A DNA stretch of 50,083 nucleotides from an uncultured Bacilli bacterium (GTDB lineage: Bacteria; Bacillota_I; Bacilli_A; RF39; UBA660): NCBI GenBank assembly GCA_947594925.1, contig CANQEJ010000004.1, positions 1 to 50,083 of the forward strand, written 5' to 3'. The position numbers and the translations under genes are program-made. Shown in pieces: positions 1-9,609 of the stretch; the first letter of the stretch is position 1; each line of letters opens with the position of its first letter. A model generated the notes under the pieces. That model was not told the origin of the DNA and did not search any database. It worked only from the letters and a program-made list of their open reading frames with translations.

Positions 1-192
1 CTTATTATCACATCATCGGTTCCTAATATTTTGATGGCAAATTGGAATAACTGTCATACTTCTATTTTAATTGCACAGCGTCCTCTAGTCTTTTTATAAA
101 TATAACTTGTTAAATAGTTAAAATTATTTTATAATTAAGTTATAGATGTTTATTAACAAATGAATATTTATAAATAGAAATAAGGAGGAAAT

Positions 193-1746
193 ATGGGACT
201 ATTTACATCACCCATTGTAACTCTTTTAATTGGAATTTTATCCGGTTCTGGGCTTGTTACGCTTACTGTGTTTATTAGAAATAGTCACGCAGAAAGTAAA
301 GCTAATAAATATTTACAAGATGCTAAAAAAGAAGCAGAAAAACATAAACGCGATAGTATCTTAGAATTAAAAGAAGAATCTTATCGATTAAAACAAGAAA
401 CTGAAAAAGAAATTAAAGAGAAAAAGCATGAGTTGTCTTTAAATGAAGATAAATTAATGCAAAGAGAAGCTAATCTTGATAAAAGAGAAGAAATGCTTCA
501 AAATCGTGATGCTTTGCTTGATCAAAAAGATAATAATTTATTAGCTAAACAAAAAGAATTGCAAGAAAAAGAAGTTAAAATGGAAGAACTTTTAAAAGCA
601 GAAATGCAAGAATTAGAAAAGATTTCGAAATTTTCTAAGGAAAAGGCTCATGATTTAATCATGAAAAGAGTCGAAGATACAATGGCTAAAGAAATAGCTA
701 ATTATATCAAAGAAGAAGAAGCTAAAGCAAAATTGGAAGCGCATGAAAAAGCTAAGCAATTAATAGTTGGAAGTATGCAAAGATATGCTAATGATGTTAC
801 CAATGAACAAACTGTTAGTACTATTGAGCTTCCTAATGATGAAATGAAAGGACGCTTAATTGGACGAGAAGGACGTAATATTCGTTCAATTGAAGCTGTA
901 ACGGGAGTTGATTTAATAATTGATGATACTCCAGAAGCGATTGTTATTTCATCATTTGACCCTTTAAGAAGAGAAATGGCAAAAATTACAATTGAGACCT
1001 TAATTAAAGATGGTCGTATTCATCCAACTAGAATTGAAGAAGTGTATGAAAAAGTAACAAATGATATGAATACGAAAATTACCGAAATTGGTAATGAAGC
1101 GGTTTATGAATTAGGACTTACGAAAGTAGACCCTGATTTAGTTAATTTGATTGGTAAATTACATTTCCGTACTAGTTATGGGCAGAATGCTTTACAGCAT
1201 TCTAAAGAAGTTGCTCATTTAACTGGCTTAATGGCTAGTGAATTAGGTGAAAATGTGGCTTTAGCTAAAAGAGCAGGATTATTACATGATATTGGGAAAG
1301 CAATTGACTTTGAAGTTGAAGGAAGTCATGTTGAAATTGGGGAAACTATTGCGAAAAAATATCATGAAGATAAAGTTGTTATTAATGCTATAACATCTCA
1401 TCATGGCGACGTCGAACCAACATCAGTTATTGCGATTTTAGTCCAAGTTGCTGATACTTTGTCTGCAGCTCGTCCTGGTGCTCGTAATGATTCATTAGAA
1501 AATTATATTAAACGTCTTGAGCAATTAGAAGAAATTGGTAATTCTTTTGAAGGCGTAGAAAAAACTTATGCTATGCAAGCGGGACGTGAACTTCGTGTTA
1601 TTGTTAAACCAGATGAGGTTGATGATAAAGAAAGTTACAAAATTGCTCGTGATATTAAAGAAAAAATTGAAGAAGAAATGCAGTACCCTGGCACTATTAA
1701 AATTAATGTTATAAGAGAAACAAGAGTTCAGGAAGAAGCAAAATAA
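193..1746 (+). CDS. rny: Ribonuclease Y
   Basis: N-terminal TM helix, coiled coil, KH domain ([13 protein letters not shown]), HD domain ([10 protein letters not shown]); SD AAGGAGG upstream. Confidence 0.97.
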   Translation: MGLFTSPIVTLLIGILSGSGLVTLTVFIRNSHAESKANKYLQDAKKEAEKHKRDSILELKEESYRLKQETEKEIKEKKHELSLNEDKLMQREANLDKREEMLQNRDALLDQKDNNLLAKQKELQEKEVKMEELLKAEMQELEKISKFSKEKAHDLIMKRVEDTMAKEIANYIKEEEAKAKLEAHEKAKQLIVGSMQRYANDVTNEQTVSTIELPNDEMKGRLIGREGRNIRSIEAVTGVDLIIDDTPEAIVISSFDPLRREMAKITIETLIKDGRIHPTRIEEVYEKVTNDMNTKITEIGNEAVYELGLTKVDPDLVNLIGKLHFRTSYGQNALQHSKEVAHLTGLMASELGENVALAKRAGLLHDIGKAIDFEVEGSHVEIGETIAKKYHEDKVVINAITSHHGDVEPTSVIAILVQVADTLSAARPGARNDSLENYIKRLEQLEEIGNSFEGVEKTYAMQAGRELRVIVKPDEVDDKESYKIARDIKEKIEEEMQYPGTIKINVIRETRVQEEAK

Positions 1747-1777
1747 TTCTTCTTTTTTCATAGAAAGAAGGTGGATA

Positions 1778-3964
1778 ATGTACGCTAATATTTTAGTAGA
1801 ATATAATGTTAAAACTCTAGATAAGACTTTTACGTATAAAGTAGCACCTAAAATTAAAGATAAATTAAAAGTAGGTATGAAAGTAAAGGTCCCTTTTGGT
1901 CATACTTATATTAATGGTTTTGTAATTGGTCTAGAAAATAAAACAGAAGAAGATTTAAATAATTTAAAAGAAGTTACGGAGATAGTAGATGAAAATTTAG
2001 TTTTAAATCAAGAATTATTAGAATTAGGTAAATATTTAAAAGAAAAAACATTATGTTCTTTAATTAGTGCTTATCAAACTATGCTTCCACCTTCTTTAAA
2101 AATAAAAAATCAGAAAAATAATTATGAGTTAACGGCAACATATATCATTTTAAATGAGGAAGTAGATATTGAAAAATATATTAGGGAAAATAAAAGAAGT
2201 GTTAAACAAATAGAAATATTAAGAAATTTACAAAAACATTTAAAAATTTTAAAAAAAGATATTAATTCTAGTAGTTTAAAAACTTTAATAAATAAAAATG
2301 TAGTTAAAGAAGTTAAAGAAAAAAAATATCGTATTAATATTAATCTTCAATTAAAACAAGATAATCCTCTTACTAAAGAACAAGAAGAAGTATTTAAGGC
2401 AATTAAAGATAATTTAGAAAAAGAGAAAACTTTTTTATTGTATGGTGTAACGGGAAGTGGTAAAACAGAAGTATATATTCATTTAATAAAAGAAGTTATC
2501 AAAAAGCAAAAACAAGCCTTACTTTTAGTGCCCGAGATAACTTTAAGTACGCAACTTGTTAAAAGATTTTATGAGAGATTTGGTAGTAAAGTAGCTATAT
2601 TTCATAGTGCTTTATCCGAAGGGGAAAAGTATGACGAGTATCAAAAAATAGCGAAAGGGGAAGTTGATGTTGTAGTTGGAACCCGTAGTGCTATTTTTAC
2701 GCCTATTAAAAATTTGGGTATAATTATTATTGATGAAGAACACTCCGAAAATTATAAACAAGAAAAAATGCCTCGTTATACAACAATTGATATGGCTTTA
2801 TTTCGTTCTAAGTATAATCAAATCCCCTTAGTTTTAGGAAGTGCTACACCTAGTTTAGAAACAATGGCTCGCGCAAAAAAAGGGGTGTATACCTTACTTA
2901 CTTTAAATAATCGAGTTAATAATGCTACTTTACCGAAAATAACTATTGTAGATATGAAACAAGAAATGAAAAAAAGAAATCCCTTATTTAGTGATTTATT
3001 ACTTGCTAAAATTAATAATTGTTTAGAGAAAAAAGAACAAGTGATTATTTTGTTAAATCGGCGAGGGCACTCCACTATTATTACTTGTCAAAATTGTGGC
3101 CATACTTTTAAATGCCCGCATTGTGATATTTCTTTAACTTATCATAAATCTGCTAATAATTTAAGATGCCATTATTGCGGCTACACGATTTTTAAACCTG
3201 AAGAATGTAGTGAGTGTCATGAAAAAGCTTTAAATTATCTAGGAACGGGAACCGAAAAGTTAGAATTAGAGTTACAAAATAATTTTCCAAAAGCTAATAT
3301 TGTGCGGATGGATGTTGATACAACGATAAGAAAGGGTTCGCATGAGAAAATTATTAGTTCTTTTCAAAACGGGGAATATGATATTTTACTTGGAACGCAA
3401 ATGATTTCTAAAGGCCTAGATTTTGCTAATGTTACTTTAGTAGGAGTTATTAATGCAGATTTATCTTTAAATATGCCTGATTTTAAAGCCCGAGAAAGAA
3501 CTTTTAGTCTTCTTACCCAAACGGCTGGACGTTCCGGAAGAAGTAATAAAAAAGGAGAAGTTGTTATCCAAACTTTTGACCCTAATAATGAAATATATAA
3601 ATTTATTTTAGAAAATGATTATAATTCTTTTTATAACTATGAAATGGCTTTTAGACATGAATTAGACTATCCGCCTTATTATTATTTAGCTAGTATTAAA
3701 ATAACGAGTAAAGATTATAATCTAGCAAGTAAAGAAGCTAATAAAGTTGGTAATTATCTTCTTAAAAATCTCGAAAAAACAACTATAGTTTTAGGCCCAA
3801 CCACGGCTAGTTTATTTCGTCTTAATGGAATTTTTCGCTTTCAAATAATTATTAAATATAAAGTAGATAATAAACTAAATGATGTTTTAAGAAAATTAGA
3901 TGATATGTATATTATTAACAAGCAAGTTAATCTAGAAATTGATACTTCTCCAATGACAATCTGA
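1778..3964 (+). CDS. priA: Primosomal protein N' (replication restart helicase)
   Basis: GVTGSGKTEVY Walker A, DEEH, SATPS, Cys-rich Zn region (CQNC/CPHC/CHYC/CSEC), QTAGRSGR. Confidence 0.96.
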   Translation: MYANILVEYNVKTLDKTFTYKVAPKIKDKLKVGMKVKVPFGHTYINGFVIGLENKTEEDLNNLKEVTEIVDENLVLNQELLELGKYLKEKTLCSLISAYQTMLPPSLKIKNQKNNYELTATYIILNEEVDIEKYIRENKRSVKQIEILRNLQKHLKILKKDINSSSLKTLINKNVVKEVKEKKYRININLQLKQDNPLTKEQEEVFKAIKDNLEKEKTFLLYGVTGSGKTEVYIHLIKEVIKKQKQALLLVPEITLSTQLVKRFYERFGSKVAIFHSALSEGEKYDEYQKIAKGEVDVVVGTRSAIFTPIKNLGIIIIDEEHSENYKQEKMPRYTTIDMALFRSKYNQIPLVLGSATPSLETMARAKKGVYTLLTLNNRVNNATLPKITIVDMKQEMKKRNPLFSDLLLAKINNCLEKKEQVIILLNRRGHSTIITCQNCGHTFKCPHCDISLTYHKSANNLRCHYCGYTIFKPEECSECHEKALNYLGTGTEKLELELQNNFPKANIVRMDVDTTIRKGSHEKIISSFQNGEYDILLGTQMISKGLDFANVTLVGVINADLSLNMPDFKARERTFSLLTQTAGRSGRSNKKGEVVIQTFDPNNEIYKFILENDYNSFYNYEMAFRHELDYPPYYYLASIKITSKDYNLASKEANKVGNYLLKNLEKTTIVLGPTTASLFRLNGIFRFQIIIKYKVDNKLNDVLRKLDDMYIINKQVNLEIDTSPMTI

Positions 3965-3968
3965 TAAA

Positions 3969-3997
3969 TTGACAAATTAGTGTAAATATGATATGAT
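3969..3997 (+). promoter_or_regulatory. SigA-type promoter with extended -10
   Basis: TTGACA(3969-74)-17 bp-TATGAT(3992-97), with TG at 3989-90. Confidence 0.75.
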
Positions 3998-4031
3998 TAA
4001 AGTATCAATGGGGATAGGTTGGTTTAATGAT

Positions 4032-4056
4032 AATCCTACATTGTTAGGATTTTTTT
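4032..4056 (+). terminator. Terminator-like hairpin inside the 5' leader (possible attenuator, or priA terminator)
   Basis: AATCCTA-cattgt-TAGGATT followed by T-run. Confidence 0.55.
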
Positions 4057-4073
4057 ATGAAGGAGAAAGAGAT

Positions 4074-4949
4074 ATGAAAAAAAGTTTATTATTAATAACA
4101 ATGCTTTTAGTTTTGACATTAGGAGTAAATAATGTTAAAGCTTCTTCTGATAAAAAGAAAGTACAAACTAATTTTCAATATAAATTAGTGTGTGGTTACT
4201 ATAATGGTAGTGATGAACTTACTTGGGGTTCACAAGAATATAATAATGATTTTAAAAATTATGATGGAACTGAAAGTAACAGTAATAGAGCTTGTGGAAC
4301 AACAAGTGTTACTAAGAATTATCCATTAGGAGACCCAGAAGCTAATAATTTACCACGTGATGTTGAAATGATTTATGATAATTGTATGGGTAGTACAGGA
4401 AAACAAGCTGGTAAAGTTGGTCAAAGTTGTTCAAATGAAGGAGCTGTTCGTACCTGTACAGTAAAATGGACTGGCTATTGTTATAAAGACCCAAATGCTT
4501 CTAAAAAAACAAATAGTAAGAAAAAAAGAGAATCTAAGAATTTCTCATTAACTAATACTTCTATTTATACAGGAGAAACAACGGAGATTTCTCAAAATGG
4601 TGCTTGCTATGAATATAAAGTAGTAGATGATGACATTTTAGCTTATGATGAAAACGACGATAGTTTTAAAGGCTTAAAAGCAGGACGTACATATATTAAA
4701 TGTTATGACCAAGATGGTAAATATTTATCACGTAAAGCAGTAAAAGTAAAACAAAAAACGGAATATCGTTATGTTACAGAAAAAACAGCTATGTATAAAG
4801 ATTCTAAAGGGCAATCTGAAGAAAAGGTCATAAAAAAGGGAAGTAAAGTAAAATATTTAACTGTTAAAGTAAATGGTTATTGTAAGATTAAAAAGGGTTT
4901 TGAAACTGGTTATGTAGAGTGTGAAGATTTAACAGTTGAGAAAGTTTAA
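4074..4949 (+). CDS. Secreted Cys-rich protein with Ig-like and C-terminal SH3b-like domains (paralog of 38745..39656)
   Basis: Start reassigned to ATG 4074 (SD AAGGAG; signal peptide MKKSLLLITMLLVLTLGVNNVKA); C-terminal KVKYL..NGYCKIK..TGYVEC resembles SH3b. Confidence 0.7.
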   Translation: MKKSLLLITMLLVLTLGVNNVKASSDKKKVQTNFQYKLVCGYYNGSDELTWGSQEYNNDFKNYDGTESNSNRACGTTSVTKNYPLGDPEANNLPRDVEMIYDNCMGSTGKQAGKVGQSCSNEGAVRTCTVKWTGYCYKDPNASKKTNSKKKRESKNFSLTNTSIYTGETTEISQNGACYEYKVVDDDILAYDENDDSFKGLKAGRTYIKCYDQDGKYLSRKAVKVKQKTEYRYVTEKTAMYKDSKGQSEEKVIKKGSKVKYLTVKVNGYCKIKKGFETGYVECEDLTVEKV

Positions 4950-4960
4950 GATGTCTATGG

Positions 4961-4990
4961 AAATGTAAACAAAATTGTTTACATTTTTAT
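4961..4990 (+). terminator. Intrinsic terminator
   Basis: AAATGTAAAC-aaaatt-GTTTACATTT plus T-run. Confidence 0.6.
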
Positions 4991-5018
4991 TTTGTGTTAA
5001 AATAAAAAAGGTGAGAAT

Positions 5019-7520
5019 ATGAAACACGTTTTAGAGCGAATCAGTGATTATACAATGGAAGATTTAATGGGGGATAGATTTGCTAAGTATGCTAAATATA
5101 TTATTCAAGATAGAGCCATACCTGATGTTCGGGATGGTTTAAAACCGGTGCAAAGACGTATTTTGTATGCAATGTATAAAAACAAAAATGTTTATGAACA
5201 TGGTTTTGTTAAAAGTGCCCAAACAGTTGGAGAAGTTATAGGTAAATATCATCCCCACGGCGATACATCAGTTTATGATGCGATGGTTCGTATGAGCCAA
5301 GATTGGAAACAAACAAATATCTATATTGAATTCCAAGGTAACAATGGTTCTATTGATGGTGACCCACCTGCTGCTTATCGTTATACAGAAGCTAAATTAG
5401 CTAAAATTAGTAATGAAATGTTAAGGGATATCGAAAAAGATACGGTTGAAATGGCCAAAACATTTGATGATTCTCGAGAAGAACCAACAGTTATGCCTTG
5501 TCGTTTTCCTAATCTTTTGTTAAACGGAGCCACAGGTATTTCCGCTGGTTATGCAACGAATATTCCTCCTCATAATTTAGGAGAATTAATTGATGCTACG
5601 ATAAAATTAATTGAAAAACCAGATACTAAGCTTAATGAAATTATGAAAATAGTTAAAGGACCAGACTTTCCTACTGGAGGTATTATATATGGGGAAAATG
5701 GTCTTTTAAGTGCCTATACTGATGGAAAAGGAAAAATAATTGTTCGAAGTCGTTATACTTATGAAAAAGAAAAAGGAAAAACCCAAATTGTTATTACGGA
5801 AATTCCTTTTGAAGTTAATAAAGCTTTATTAGTTCGTAAAATAAATGAAATAAGAATTGAAAAGAAAATAGATGGTATTGCCGAAGTACGTGATGAATCA
5901 GATAAAGAAGGTTTAAGAATTGTTATTGATTTAAAAACTGGAGCAGATAAGGAGATGATAACTAATTATCTTCTTAAAAATACTGATTTACAAGTATCTT
6001 ATTCTTTTAATATGGTAGCAATTGTTGATAAAAGGCCTCGTCAATTAGGTATTATTCCCATTTTAAAAGCTTATATCGCTCATCAGGAAGAAGTTGTTAT
6101 TAGAAGAACGAAATTCGATTATGACTTTGCTTCTCGAAAACTACATATAACAGAGGGTTTAGTAAAAGCTTTAGCAATTTTAGATGAAGTTATTAGAGTA
6201 ATTAGAGCTAGTAAAAATAAAGCCGATGCTAAAGATAATTTAATTAAAGAATTTGCTTTTACGGAAAAGCAAGCTTCCGCTATTCTAGATTTACAATTAT
6301 ATCGTTTAACTAATTTAGATGTTTTAGAATTAGAAAAAGAACTAGCTAATTTACAAAAAGTTATTGCTTTTTTACAAAGTATTTTAGATAGTGATGAAAT
6401 GCTTCATAAAGTAATAAAAGAAGAATTAAAGAAAATTAAAAAGGAATATAGTAAACCTCGTAAAACCGATATAGTTGCCGAAATTGAAGAAATTAAATTA
6501 GATATGAAAACAATGATACCAGAATATAATGTGGTTGTTGTAGTAACTAATGAAGGTTATGTTAAAAAAGTTAATCTTAAGTCTTATTCTTCTTCTAATG
6601 GAGAAAGTACTACTTTAAAACCAGGAGACTTTATTACTGGTCTATATGAAGTAACTACTTTAAATACAATAATGCTCTTTACTAATCTAGGAAGATATTT
6701 ATATGTACCTGTTCATGCTATTCCTGATGCTAAATGGAAAGAATTAGGAAAACATATTAATAATGTTATTCCTATGGAACAAGAGGAAAAAATTATTGGT
6801 TCATGGGTAGTAAGTGACCCAAATAAAGAGATTGTTTTATTTACGAAAAATGGGCAAATTAAAAAGACTAAAGTTCAAGACTTTGAAGTAACCAGATATT
6901 CAAAACCTTTAACAGCAATTAAACTTAAAGATGATGATGAACTAATTAGTATCGCCCAAGCTTTAGATAATATTTTAATTGTTACAAAAAATGGTTATTA
7001 TGTTAATTTTAATAGTCAAGAGGTTGCTCCAATTGGTGTTAAAGCTAGTGGAGTACGTGGCATTAATTTAAAAGATGATGAAGTTATTTGGGGTGGTTCT
7101 TTTGATGAAAATACCCAATATATTAATATCTTTACTAATAATAAGACAGCCAAGCGAATTAAAGTTAGTGATTTAAATGTTTCTGGACGAGCTAAAAGAG
7201 GTAGCACGTTGTTAAAAAAACCAAAGACAGTTAATTATGAAGTTGCTTACGTTCTGGCAACTAGTTCTAAAGATGATATTGGTATTAAATCTGATAGTGA
7301 AATAAGAGAGTTAAAAAATAGTGATATACCTATTATGGATTTAAATTCAACTGGTTCTGCTATTAGTAAATATCAATTAGATGCAGCCTTTAAAATTGTT
7401 AAGTTAACTTCTATTTTAAAAAATCCTAAACTAACCGAAGAGGAAGAAGAAAAACCTTCCCAAAGTACCGAAGTGGAAGAGTTAACAATTGATGACTTTA
7501 TAGATGACTTTAAATTATAA
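5019..7520 (+). CDS. parC: DNA topoisomerase IV subunit A
   Basis: Firmicute ParC-type N-terminus (EDLMGDRFAKYAKYIIQDRAIPDVRDGLKPVQRR), HPHGD, RYTE catalytic Tyr, C-terminal beta-pinwheel without a canonical GyrA box. Confidence 0.92.
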   Translation: MKHVLERISDYTMEDLMGDRFAKYAKYIIQDRAIPDVRDGLKPVQRRILYAMYKNKNVYEHGFVKSAQTVGEVIGKYHPHGDTSVYDAMVRMSQDWKQTNIYIEFQGNNGSIDGDPPAAYRYTEAKLAKISNEMLRDIEKDTVEMAKTFDDSREEPTVMPCRFPNLLLNGATGISAGYATNIPPHNLGELIDATIKLIEKPDTKLNEIMKIVKGPDFPTGGIIYGENGLLSAYTDGKGKIIVRSRYTYEKEKGKTQIVITEIPFEVNKALLVRKINEIRIEKKIDGIAEVRDESDKEGLRIVIDLKTGADKEMITNYLLKNTDLQVSYSFNMVAIVDKRPRQLGIIPILKAYIAHQEEVVIRRTKFDYDFASRKLHITEGLVKALAILDEVIRVIRASKNKADAKDNLIKEFAFTEKQASAILDLQLYRLTNLDVLELEKELANLQKVIAFLQSILDSDEMLHKVIKEELKKIKKEYSKPRKTDIVAEIEEIKLDMKTMIPEYNVVVVVTNEGYVKKVNLKSYSSSNGESTTLKPGDFITGLYEVTTLNTIMLFTNLGRYLYVPVHAIPDAKWKELGKHINNVIPMEQEEKIIGSWVVSDPNKEIVLFTKNGQIKKTKVQDFEVTRYSKPLTAIKLKDDDELISIAQALDNILIVTKNGYYVNFNSQEVAPIGVKASGVRGINLKDDEVIWGGSFDENTQYINIFTNNKTAKRIKVSDLNVSGRAKRGSTLLKKPKTVNYEVAYVLATSSKDDIGIKSDSEIRELKNSDIPIMDLNSTGSAISKYQLDAAFKIVKLTSILKNPKLTEEEEEKPSQSTEVEELTIDDFIDDFKL

Positions 7521-7546
7521 AAATTGATGCAAAACATCAATTTTTT
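7520..7546 (+). terminator. Intrinsic terminator
   Basis: AAAATTGATG-caaaa-CATCAATTTT plus T-run. Confidence 0.7.
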
Positions 7547-7593
7547 CTATATAGTTTAAATAATTCATGATATGATTTTAGTGGTGAAGTACT

Positions 7594-8460
7594 ATGAAAT
7601 TAGTTGATGATTTTAAGGAATATCAAATTCTTTCTATGAATAAGGGGATGAAAACGGAAAATTGGAACGGTGTAATTTTAAAAAGGCCAGACCCTCAGAT
7701 TGTTTGGGAAGACCAAGAAAGTAATAGGAAAATAGATGCTATTTATCATCGTAGTAATAAGGGTGGTGGAGCCTGGGAGATTTTTAATAATTCTTTAAAA
7801 TCTTCTTGGCAAATTCATTATCAAGATTTAACTTTTAATTTAAAATTAATGGGTTTTAAACATACTGGTTTATTTCCAGAGCAAGCTTATAATTGGAATT
7901 TAATAATGACAAAAATCAAAGAAGCTAAAAGGCCGATTAAAGTATTAAATTTATTTGCTTATACAGGAGCAGCTAGTGTAGCGGCTTTAAAAGCCGGAGC
8001 TACAGTTGTTCATGTAGATTCTTCTAGAGGTATGATAGATTGGGCTAAAGAAAATGTTAAATCCTCTGGTTTAGAAGATAAACCAATTCATTTTCTTGCC
8101 GATGATGTAGTAAAGTTTGTCAAAAGAGAAATAAGAAGAGGACACCAATACGATATTATTTTAATGGACCCACCTTCTTTTGGCAGAGGTGCTAATAAAG
8201 AAGTATGGGATATTGAAAAAGATTTAGATAATTTAGTTTCTTTATGTTCGCAAATATTTAGTCAAGAGGGAATAATGTTTTTAATTAATTCTTATACTAC
8301 AGGATTATCCAAAACAGTTTTAGAAAATATTTTAATTAAAAGAATTAAACAAAAGGGATTTATTTCTAGTGATGAATTAGGAATAAAAATGCAAAATAGT
8401 CAGTTAATTCTTCCTTGTGGAATTTATGCTAGATGGGAAAAAGAAAAAACAATAGAGTAG
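7594..8460 (+). CDS. Class I SAM-dependent methyltransferase (RlmI/RlmK-related, COG1092-like)
   Basis: HTGLFPEQ, VLNLFAYTG, DPPSF motifs. Confidence 0.88.
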   Translation: MKLVDDFKEYQILSMNKGMKTENWNGVILKRPDPQIVWEDQESNRKIDAIYHRSNKGGGAWEIFNNSLKSSWQIHYQDLTFNLKLMGFKHTGLFPEQAYNWNLIMTKIKEAKRPIKVLNLFAYTGAASVAALKAGATVVHVDSSRGMIDWAKENVKSSGLEDKPIHFLADDVVKFVKREIRRGHQYDIILMDPPSFGRGANKEVWDIEKDLDNLVSLCSQIFSQEGIMFLINSYTTGLSKTVLENILIKRIKQKGFISSDELGIKMQNSQLILPCGIYARWEKEKTIE

Positions 8461-8516
8461 TTCTTTTTTCTTTTTTTATTACATATAGTTAAATGTAAAT
8501 TAAAAAGGAGGAAATT

Positions 8517-8777
8517 ATGGAAATATTAAAAGTATCTACTAAATCAAATCCTAGCAAGGTAGCAGGAGCGATAGCTAATATTTTTCGAGAAAAAGGTACG
8601 GTAGAAATTCAAACAATTGGAGCTGGTTCTTTAAATCAAGCGATAAAAGCAGTATGTATAGCAAGAGGATTTCTAGCACCTGGTGGTGATGATATAGTTA
8701 TTATTCCATCATTTAATGATATCGAAATTGACGGAGAGCAAAAAACGGCCATGAAAATTATTATTGAAAAAAAATAG
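8517..8777 (+). CDS. spoVS: Stage V sporulation protein S
   Basis: MEILKVS.KSNP..VAGAIA...IGAGSLNQAIKA..IARGF, typical of SpoVS; SD AGGAGG. Confidence 0.95.
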   Translation: MEILKVSTKSNPSKVAGAIANIFREKGTVEIQTIGAGSLNQAIKAVCIARGFLAPGGDDIVIIPSFNDIEIDGEQKTAMKIIIEKK

Positions 8778-8795
8778 ACACAAAGTGTCTTTTTA
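8776..8795. terminator. Bidirectional terminator between convergent genes
   Basis: AGACAC-aaa-GTGTCT flanked by A/T runs. Confidence 0.55.
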
Positions 8796-9185
8796 TAATG
8801 CAGAAATAAACATATAAGCAATGGCTAAACCAAAGGAAACTGTAGAGCCAATAATGAAAGCTGCTGTAATAAAACCATTTGGTTTATATACTAAAGGAGT
8901 ACCACCATCTTCTTCTATAGTAGAAGCATAAATAGGATTAATTATTGAAGATAAATTTTTGTCATAGTTATCAATAACTTTAGCTTGCGCAGAATTTAAT
9001 TTATCAGCTGGTAAAGATTTTAACATTTTACAATATATTTGATATTCTTGAAATGTTTTAAAATTTTTATCATTTAAATAATGTTGTTTTTCATTAGCTT
9101 CGTTCATTAAAGTAATAAATTCTGTAACATCTAAGGAAAATTCATTATTATCAATTTTATGAGTAAATTCTTGAAAAGAAATCAT
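8793..9185 (-). CDS. Hypothetical protein with C-terminal membrane anchor
   Basis: 130-aa ORF abutting the upstream ORF, SD (AAGGTG), C-terminal KPNGF plus hydrophobic helix. Confidence 0.65.
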   Translation of the reverse strand: MISFQEFTHKIDNNEFSLDVTEFITLMNEANEKQHYLNDKNFKTFQEYQIYCKMLKSLPADKLNSAQAKVIDNYDKNLSSIINPIYASTIEEDGGTPLVYKPNGFITAAFIIGSTVSFGLAIAYMFISAL

Positions 9186-9437
9186 TTAAACACCTTCTTC
9201 ATTACTATTGTAAATAAGAGCATTTAATTTTATAACATCAAATAAATCTTTGGCGCTCATATTACTAATATCCAATTTTAATTGATAACTTTCAAAAATA
9301 GTTTCTAAATTAAAATTGCCTAAGTTTATTTTATTATTATCTAATTCTAAAATATTATTATTAATAGATATTTTTTTAAATTCGGAGTTATTTTGTTGGA
9401 TAACTTTTAAAACGACTTCATTAATACGACCAATCAT
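9186..9437 (-). CDS. Hypothetical protein
   Basis: 83-aa ORF, SD AGGAG, upstream minus-strand promoter. Confidence 0.65.
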   Translation of the reverse strand: MIGRINEVVLKVIQQNNSEFKKISINNNILELDNNKINLGNFNLETIFESYQLKLDISNMSAKDLFDVIKLNALIYNSNEEGV

Positions 9438-9463
9438 AATATCAAACTCCTATTCTAATAATT

Positions 9464-9492
9464 ATTTTACTAAATTATCATCTTTTTGTCTA
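9464..9492 (-). promoter_or_regulatory. SigA-type promoter for the two minus-strand ORFs
   Basis: TAGACA-17 bp-TAAAAT on the minus strand. Confidence 0.55.
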
Positions 9493-9524
9493 TTGGGTTT
9501 TCTTTTTTTCTTTTTCGTGCAAAA

Positions 9525-9567
9525 ATGTCAACCAAAAACTTTCTGCTTTACAACAAACCGGGGGGGG
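9525..9567 (+). repeat. 43-bp dispersed repeat, copy 1 (poly-G promoter element)
   Basis: ATGTCAACCAAAAACTTTCTGCTTTACAACAAACCGGGGGGGG is identical to 50041-50083. Confidence 0.95.
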
Positions 9568-9574
9568 GTATAAT
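9547..9574 (+). promoter_or_regulatory. Promoter with G9 homopolymer in the -35/-10 spacer (candidate phase-variable)
   Basis: TTTACA(9547-52), 16-bp spacer ending in G9 (9560-68), TATAAT(9569-74). Confidence 0.75.
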
Positions 9575-9609
9575 AGACTTAGATGTAAAGATAGGAAGGA
9601 ATAAATGTA

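Noticed and set aside
1-192. Gene or ncRNA upstream of rny
   Set aside because: No supportable ORF or recognisable RNA motif; probably promoter and intergenic sequence.
3993-4073. Longer upstream starts given in the ORF track (3993, 15397, 23171, 26720, 31502, 39735)
   Set aside because: Downstream ATGs have better SD spacing, and several extensions overlap promoters or leader hairpins.
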